The notes below the pieces were generated by a model. It was not told the origin of the DNA and ran no database searches. It worked only from the letters and a program-made list of their open reading frames with translations. A stretch of 64,000 nt of DNA, taken from NCBI GenBank assembly GCA_012295275.1, contig CM022671.1, positions 15,562,001 through 15,626,000 of the forward strand. Direction: 5' to 3'. Below are positions 56,358-64,000 of this stretch, piece by piece. The stretch comes from Chrysomallon squamiferum (taxonomy: Eukaryota; Animalia; Mollusca). The first letter of the stretch is position 1, and the number at the start of each line of letters is the position of its first letter. The position numbers were made by a program, and so were the translations under genes.

Positions 56358-57339
56358 TCATTCTGGTGAATCTAATTCTGATTCTCGTCCGTCTCTGTTT
56401 AGCCCTCGTATGTGAACATACTGTACAGTTTTGGTGTTATAATTAATTGGAGGTCCAGGTGTTCCAAACCAGGGTCGGGTAAACAGTCCTTCAATTTCTT
56501 CAAGAGATTTACCTTTTGTCTCAGGTAAAATCAAAGCCAAAATTATTGCTCCAAGAAATGCTAAACACGCATAGAGCCAGAATGTACCTGCAACAAAAAA
56601 TTAAAAAATTATTCACAAAACCTTTAAGAATTTGAAAATATTTCAAATGATATTAAAGTTACATTGCCTATAAACTTCTTAAGTAACCAATAAATTAATA
56701 GCATTTTTTTTATCACACAAATACACAAATCAAAGGTGTATTTGTTCTTTCACTGTGTATGTGTAGGTGAAGTGTGACTGAGTTAGATTTAATCTTTTTT
56801 CATTTTCTTATTTTCTTTAACTGTGTGTGGTCGAGTGATATGGTTAATCTCTTTTCATTTTCTTATATTCTTTAATTGTGAATGTATAGGTAATGTGTTT
56901 GTGTTATAGGGTTAGTATTTTTTCGTTTTGTTATTATCACTGACTGTTTATATGTAGATGATGTGTGGGTATGATATTGTTAATCTTTCTTCATTTTCTT
57001 ATTTTTTTAACTGTTTGTGTGTATGTCAGGTTTAATTACTTCTGTTTCCTGATTAATGAATTATGTTTATAAAATGAGTTAAAACAATTCTGCTTAGTGT
57101 TTGAACAGAAAAAAAAAAAAAAAAAAAATAAAAAATCTCCTGACCATATCGTGTGAGTTCCTCAGTGAGACTGAGGAAGGACATGGAGACAGCCAGGTTA
57201 CAGATCCAGTTGGTGAATGTGGAAAAGGATGTTCCCACACTCCGTGCCCACAGTGGATAGATTTCAGAGTTGATAGTCCATGGCATTGGACCCATACCTT
57301 GAAAAATACAGATGTAAAATTAAATGCAATAACAATGCG

Positions 57340-57372
<33 letters not shown>

Positions 57373-58120
57373 AATTTTCATATTTAAAAAAAAAAAAAAA
57401 AAAAGTTTATATAGTTTATAAATGTTTAAACAAAATTATAATTATTTATGATTTTTATAATATAATTTTAATTTTGGTTTCCTTATTTGGATTATATCAC
57501 AATAATTATATAAATATTTACATAATGCAAAAATACATAACAATATATTATATCTAATATTCATTTTTTTTCCTTTTATTTCTAATTTATTTTTGTCAAT
57601 TTAATTTTTTTATTTTTTATATTTGATAAATAGAATGTAATTATTTATATATATATGTTTCTTTCTGAATGTGAATGTTGTATATATAAATATTGAGAGA
57701 GAATGCATTATTATATCTGATCACATCCTTATACATTTGCATATTCAACATTTGCATACTGCTAGATTTTTATACTACATTACTCACCTGGTGCAAAAAA
57801 TATAAGATACATGACCAAGCCGACCATTGGCATCCAGGAGTATTGAGTTGGACAGTAGTCATAAGCCCAGGTGAGAGGTCCAGGCAGTATGGTAGAGTTA
57901 CACCGGCCAGTGGTGGACATCCAGGGGTTGTCGTAAGAAGTGGGGAGACAGGACGAGTTTCCCACTGTATCAGACTGACTCATGTAGCAGTAGCCACAGT
58001 TTAAGTCTCGTCTACAGTCATTGCATATTCTTTAAACAAAAAAAAAAAAAAAAAAGTATAAATACAAATGTCTGTGTTAAATAAGAATTATAGTTGAAAA
58101 ATAACAACAAAAAATACCTG

Positions 58121-58164
<44 letters not shown>

Positions 58165-59245
58165 TTGCAATTAAATGATAATTACAGTTCAGTGGAAATT
58201 TAATAACATTAATAAATGATTTATATATTTATTTTATATCAAATGGAATTCATTGTGTTTTATTAGGGGGGGGTCTGTGCATAAGTAAGTGAAAATTAAT
58301 TAAGATAAATTAATATTATATATTTTATTATTTATTTTTAAAAAAATTGAATTCATCATGTTTTATTGATATTATGAGTAAATAAAAACAGTTAATAAAA
58401 TTTAAATATAGTATTTATTTTGACATAAACTAAATTCACTATTTTTTTTACTGATAATCTATGTATATAAATTACAAAATAATGAACATGATATTTAAAA
58501 TATTTAAAAAATGTACCTGTAACGAGTGCAATGAGAGAAAGCTGCTGATGTTTCAATTGTGTCAACAGGTGGAGTGTTGAGAGCTGACAGGTGAAAACCG
58601 ACAGCCAGCCAGGCCAGACTAACAATTGCACCTGTAACACATTACATACACTGTACCTAGCTCTGATTTCATTTACAAAAATAAAAAACTTCATAAAACA
58701 ATCCTAAATGGACTCTTGATGTTTTAAACAAAGCCAACAGTTGAAATTTGTAGATTTTTTTTTTTTGCATTTGTTTATTTTGCATTTTTTTTTTTTTTTT
58801 TTTTTTTTTTGTATTAAATAGTTGATGCAATTTGTTTTTATCTCATTTTCTTTTTTCATTCATTGTTTGGTTTGTTTGGTTTGTTTGCCTTTTTAACGAA
58901 TTAAAACTAATAAATATAATGTTATCAACAATTAAACTAGCAAGGATAGGGTTTATTATTTTTATACAAATTAAAACTAACATGCATAATGTTACAAAAA
59001 ACACAGGTCTTAGTTTTTAAATTACTATTTTATATAACAGCTGAGTTATTTAAATATTCATAGTTATTTTTTTTTTTTTTTTTTTTTTCTAAAAATTAGA
59101 CTAATATACATAAATTGTTATTAAGAACATGTTACTAATATCTGGTGTATCAGCTGATTTATTTAAATATTCATTGTTATTTATGACATTCCTAAATCAT
59201 AAGACTCCTATTAAGTGTCTTCCAGTCTTCCAGTTTTTTAAATTT

Positions 59246-59277
<32 letters not shown>

Positions 59278-61564
59278 GATTTTTTATTATTATTATTCTT
59301 CTTTTTTTCACAAACTAAACTAATAATTATATTATAAAGAAGAAGTGAATTTTTATACTGATAGCTGTTTTATTTAAATATTTATATTTAATTATAACAG
59401 TCCTCACCCATCAGACTCCCGAGTGTCAAGGGTCGTCTTCCAATCTTCTCTACAAGAAATAATCCTACGAGAGTGAAGAGAAAATTAACAGCTGCAGTGA
59501 CCGCAGACAGCCATATTGCTGCCTCGTCACTTTCTACACCAGACATTCGAATAATTGTAGCACTGTAGTACCTGTTTAAACAGTAACAAGAAATAAGAGT
59601 TAAAACAAAATAACCACATAATTAAAAATGTTAAAATTATGAAACATATTAAAAACGATAAAATTAACTCTATGGAATTTATCTAAACAGTAATGAAAAT
59701 AATGTATAATAGTAAAAAGAAATCATTTCTTCATCCTTTTCTTTTGTTTTCTTTTGCTTTTGTCACTTATTTTATTATATTTTTATTTTTTCTAAATTAT
59801 ACCTTTATCAAATAACATGTTAATCATTCAGTAAATTTTAGCATTAAATATCAAAATACTGTATTTTCAAATGTTACATAATGATTATTAACTATAGTAC
59901 TTGTACATAGATCAAATTATATATATCTTTATGTTCAGGTCAGAAAGATATTGAAAGATATGTTTGTATGGTACAGCAAACAGTTGTACTATTGTTTATC
60001 CAAGACAGGAGAATATGGTTTACGATAATGTTAGAAGATTATGCTTTAAGGGTAATTTAACAAACAAACAAAAATATTTTTATTTTTTCATGAAATAAAA
60101 AACAGCTTACATGACTGTGTTAATTCCTGCAACTTGCTGGAAAATCTGAAGACTGCAGCCAACCAGCAAAGCTCTTCTGATTGATGGAGTTTTCAACATT
60201 TGAATAAAAACTGTCTTGTGAGCTAAATTAAAAACAAATATGAATATAAACATACATACATACATACATACATACATACATAGATATAGATACACATATA
60301 TACACACATGTATACTTAAAAGATATTTGACATTTGTCATGGGTAATATAAATTTTAACATCATGTATGTGTTTATCAGTTAAAAAAAAAAACTAATAAT
60401 AAATACCTAAATACAAATAGATAACTATATATCAATATATTTGTGTGTGTGTTGTTGCATGTGCATGTGTTAAGCATTTTTTTAGAAATGAAGTAAAACA
60501 TGTGCACATTACTACCAGTCCTTCATAAGCATACATTATTAGTAGAATGTCTTACAACAGAACTTTAATGAAAACAAGATGAAGAAAATCAATATTTCTA
60601 AATCAAAAAAAAGAAAAAAGAAAGATAATATATAATAAAGTGACACATTAATTATAAATTTAATTAATTATCAAAGCATTACAAACATTTGGCTCTTTCG
60701 TCTTGCTGCATTTGGTTACATGTAAATTTTATGGCTTCAAATTCATCTTCTATATCCAGCTGACCTCGCATGGACTGAAGAACTCTCCTCGCCTTTTCCT
60801 CTTTACCCTGAACTATGAGCCAGCGAGGACTTTCAGGCATAAAGAGAAAACCAGCAAACTGAACAAAGGCTGGAATACTGCCCAAACCCAACATATACCT
60901 GGAAGCAAAAAAAAAATAATTGCAAAAAACAATATATATAATATATATATTGTTATTGTTTTTTTCTATACTGATGATCAGTTGTTTATATCTTGATAAA
61001 ATGAGATGTATTTTCATATGAAAATGTATGTATATTTGATCATATACTAATAGTATTGTAATAATTATATTCATTTATCAACAGGAGATATTAATTTAAA
61101 ATGTTATTAGCACAGTCACTTAATGAAGTATGACAGTAAAATCATGATAATAATGTCTCAGTTTGTATACTCTGAAATGGAAACACATTATATCATATCT
61201 TTGAATTAATATTATATTTATTTTTCAACAAAATCTCTTTCATTACTAAGCAAAACATAAAAAGTGAATATAAAAGAGATTATTGCAATATATAATCAAA
61301 TATTTTGAAGATATTTTAATTATTTTAAAAACAGTAAGTTATTTTAAAAAGACTTTATATATTTGGTTGCCTTTGCAAGTGAAAAGTGACAGAAATAAGT
61401 TTACCGCCATCCATTCAGTGTGTCAGATCCAAATATGCCGTCTACAACATTAGCCACGAACTGGCCAAATGCTACCATGGCAATATTGGTTGACACAAGA
61501 CTGCCGCGAACATGTGCTGGTGAACATTCTGCAAGGTACATGGGAATCGTCGTTGATGTCAAAC
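56358..61564 (-). CDS. SLC2A13: Proton/myo-inositol cotransporter HMIT (GLUT13), 5'-partial: 8 coding exons in window
   Basis: Exons (-): 61564-61405, 60898-60687, 60222-60111, 59571-59408, 58631-58517, 58029-57788, 57297-57145, 56587-56358; GT-AG, phases consistent. Sugar-porter motifs [48 protein letters not shown] and LPETKG, plus the HMIT-typical Cys-rich loop (CNDC...CGYC...YCPT). The first coding exon(s) were not found in the window. Confidence 0.93.
56760..57025. repeat. Degenerate ~55-70 bp intronic tandem repeat (TTAATCTTTTTCATTTTCTTAT..TTTAACTGTG)
   Basis: About 4 diverged copies in the last SLC2A13 intron. Confidence 0.65.
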
Positions 61565-62066
61565 CTGCAATAAATGGGGAAAAGGATTCATGAATCCTGT
61601 GACATTTTGACAACAGTTACTTGTACACTCACAAAAGTAGTGTTACGTCTAATTAGGTGCTTCTAATAAATGGCATAAATCACATAAAACACACACACAC
61701 ACACGAACACACAGTCACACACCTACGTTTTTGGAGACCTGAAGCTTGAACAATTATGGAGGCCCATCTTAAGCAGCTATGAGTTCTGGTAACTACTCTT
61801 ATCTTCTTCTATAGCAAGGGTTTTAAAACTTAGACACATCTCAGAGTTTGAGAATAATTTTGAAAAAATGTGGACAAAAGTCGCTTTTTGAGCCTCTCTG
61901 GGATTAGGGGCCTGGAAGGTTAAACCTCAATAGTTTCATAATGGATCCTGCGCGCGCGCGCACACACATACACACAATGCATCCCTAAACACATGCATTT
62001 TGAGAAACAAATAAACAATATTTCAACATTTTAACACCCAACCTGATAATTATGGTTTTTCAGTAT

Positions 62067-62116
<50 letters not shown>

Positions 62117-63264
62117 TAGGGCACAAAGATTATGAAATAAATAGGTAAATATTAAATAAAAAATAATGAAAAATATAATTCTTATTTTCTCATCTTTTAA
62201 AGTATATCGTATTATTAAACTGATTCATAAATCTGCTTTATGTCAGAATGTATTTGTCCTCTTGAACATTAGCCGTGTGACGGATGTCTCATTATATTAG
62301 TATCAGAATATAATGTCAAATATCCTAATCAAGTTTATCATTCTTATCTTCTCCACTAGGAAACCAGATGCGACAACAATTACGATTTGTGCGATATTTC
62401 GGCTCGTGTTACGTCATTATGTCGAGACGGTGCTCTGATTAACATGTTGTAATTATTCGTTCTTCATTTCTTACACTTAGGGGCGAATCTATTATGAAAC
62501 TAATGAAGTTTAAGTTTCAGGGACCCTATTCCAGGAGGGTCCACAGAAATAACTTCTGCCCACAATGCTTTAAAATTTTAATCCAAATTACAGATACCAT
62601 TGTTAAACAGCAAAAAAACAAACAACAAACAAACAAACAAAACAAATTAATTACAAAAAAAAAAAACGGTTTTCCGTCACAGATGAGGCCCAGTGAAGAA
62701 GATACCGTGGTTTCCTGATCACGTTATTGTTTGCGATGGGCCTCCGTAACATTTGAACGTTCAGCGCCCCAAAAATGCACGTCCGCCATGTTTATACTTT
62801 TCTGCTATAACAATTTCATTTTGGAAATATTGGTTATATGTATAGAAAAAAACATCAAAAACCCCCCAAAACAACAACAAAAAAATAAACAAATAAATAA
62901 AATAAAGAATATGGTAAAAAAACAAAAACAAAAACAACCTCATTTCTGTTTTACTTAGAACGATGAATTAATTACTTTTCTGTGATAGAAAACGACATAC
63001 AGATAATACAAGTCAAAATTAACCAATAATAAATAATTAACTAATCACTGAACGCCTAATGAAAAGATACATTAACTGATCAAAGACCCTCATCCATATT
63101 TATTTGTTTATGTAGAAATGGATTCCACAACTAATTACTTTATAAATATTTTCAGATAGTGTTAAATGTGAAATAAGTAAATAATAATTTGTTCGCCACA
63201 AAGAAGTTGTTTTGTTTTTGTTATTGTCTCGTGTTGGATGTCGAGAGTTAACTGTTTTCCCCGT

Positions 63265-63322
<58 letters not shown>

Positions 63323-64000
63323 TAATCAATCGTAACTATTTATTTGAAGGATTCGAAGATATCCGTAAAAAGGTGTGAAAATTTGGTTATTTCACAGACC
63401 TGTTGTTACTTTACCAACAGATCAGTGATAATATAATAATTCTTTTTCAGTTTTCGGTTTAAATTGAAATAATACAGATAATATTATCATTTCCAGTAAA
63501 TATTGCTGACACATTCTTCCTGACAGTTTAAGAACGTAATTAATTTAAATAGATAAATAATACCATAATTAAGATAATGCTCAGATGGAAATCAAATAAA
63601 GCTGAGTATTAATTCTGGTTTGCAAACTTTACTCAGGGGAAATTACTTCATCTCTCACAACCTTTATTAATCACCTTCCGACCCATTGGGGCCAGCTCAG
63701 TCTTTGCAGAGTTTGTACACATACCCATCAGTGAAGTATTAACTGCCGTCTTTCGTGGCAAGAACATATAACTAAAATACATTTTCTATACTCCAGAGAC
63801 ACCATATTTTTCGTATTCCCAATCTTTTTTAATAATAAAATGTTTAATATTCCCAATTTTTATTCCTTTATAAATGAACCTGAAAATATTATTTAGTGCC
63901 CCTCAAAAACAAATTGATTCGAAAATGCACATTACATTTTACGAACCATTTTATTGCTCATCTGGGTTTCAGTGATAATTAATTTTTTAATTATTTCATC

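Noticed and set aside
63660-63780. Possible first exon of SLC2A13 on the minus strand
   Set aside because: The open frame (YMFLPRKTAVNTSLMG...) lacks the sugar-porter TM1 motif (GG.LFGYD); the true exon 1 probably lies beyond the window.

Overview
AT-rich, intron-containing animal genomic DNA, most likely lophotrochozoan and probably a mollusc (inferred from the peptide family and composition, not proven). The window holds four protein-coding genes. (1) A neuropeptide precursor with a single coding exon (1332-2537, +) that should release 16x LREFF-amide, 1x TREFF-amide and 2x VREFI-amide. It is followed by a ~33 kb gene-free region with microsatellites, minisatellites, MITEs and CpG-containing islands. 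(2) A complete 10-exon ABCD1/2-type peroxisomal ABC transporter (45649-39545, -). (3) A REDIC1/C12orf40-like meiotic crossover gene (45900-53022, +), head-to-head with ABCD at 250 bp. (4) The 3' eight coding exons of SLC2A13/HMIT (61564-56358, -). The ABCD(-)/C12orf40(+)/SLC2A13(-) order and orientation match human chr12q12, suggesting a microsyntenic block conserved since the bilaterian ancestor. The three-gene block is visibly CpG-depleted relative to the neuropeptide half. All exon coordinates were derived by hand from GT/AG sites and phase continuity; no database searches were run.
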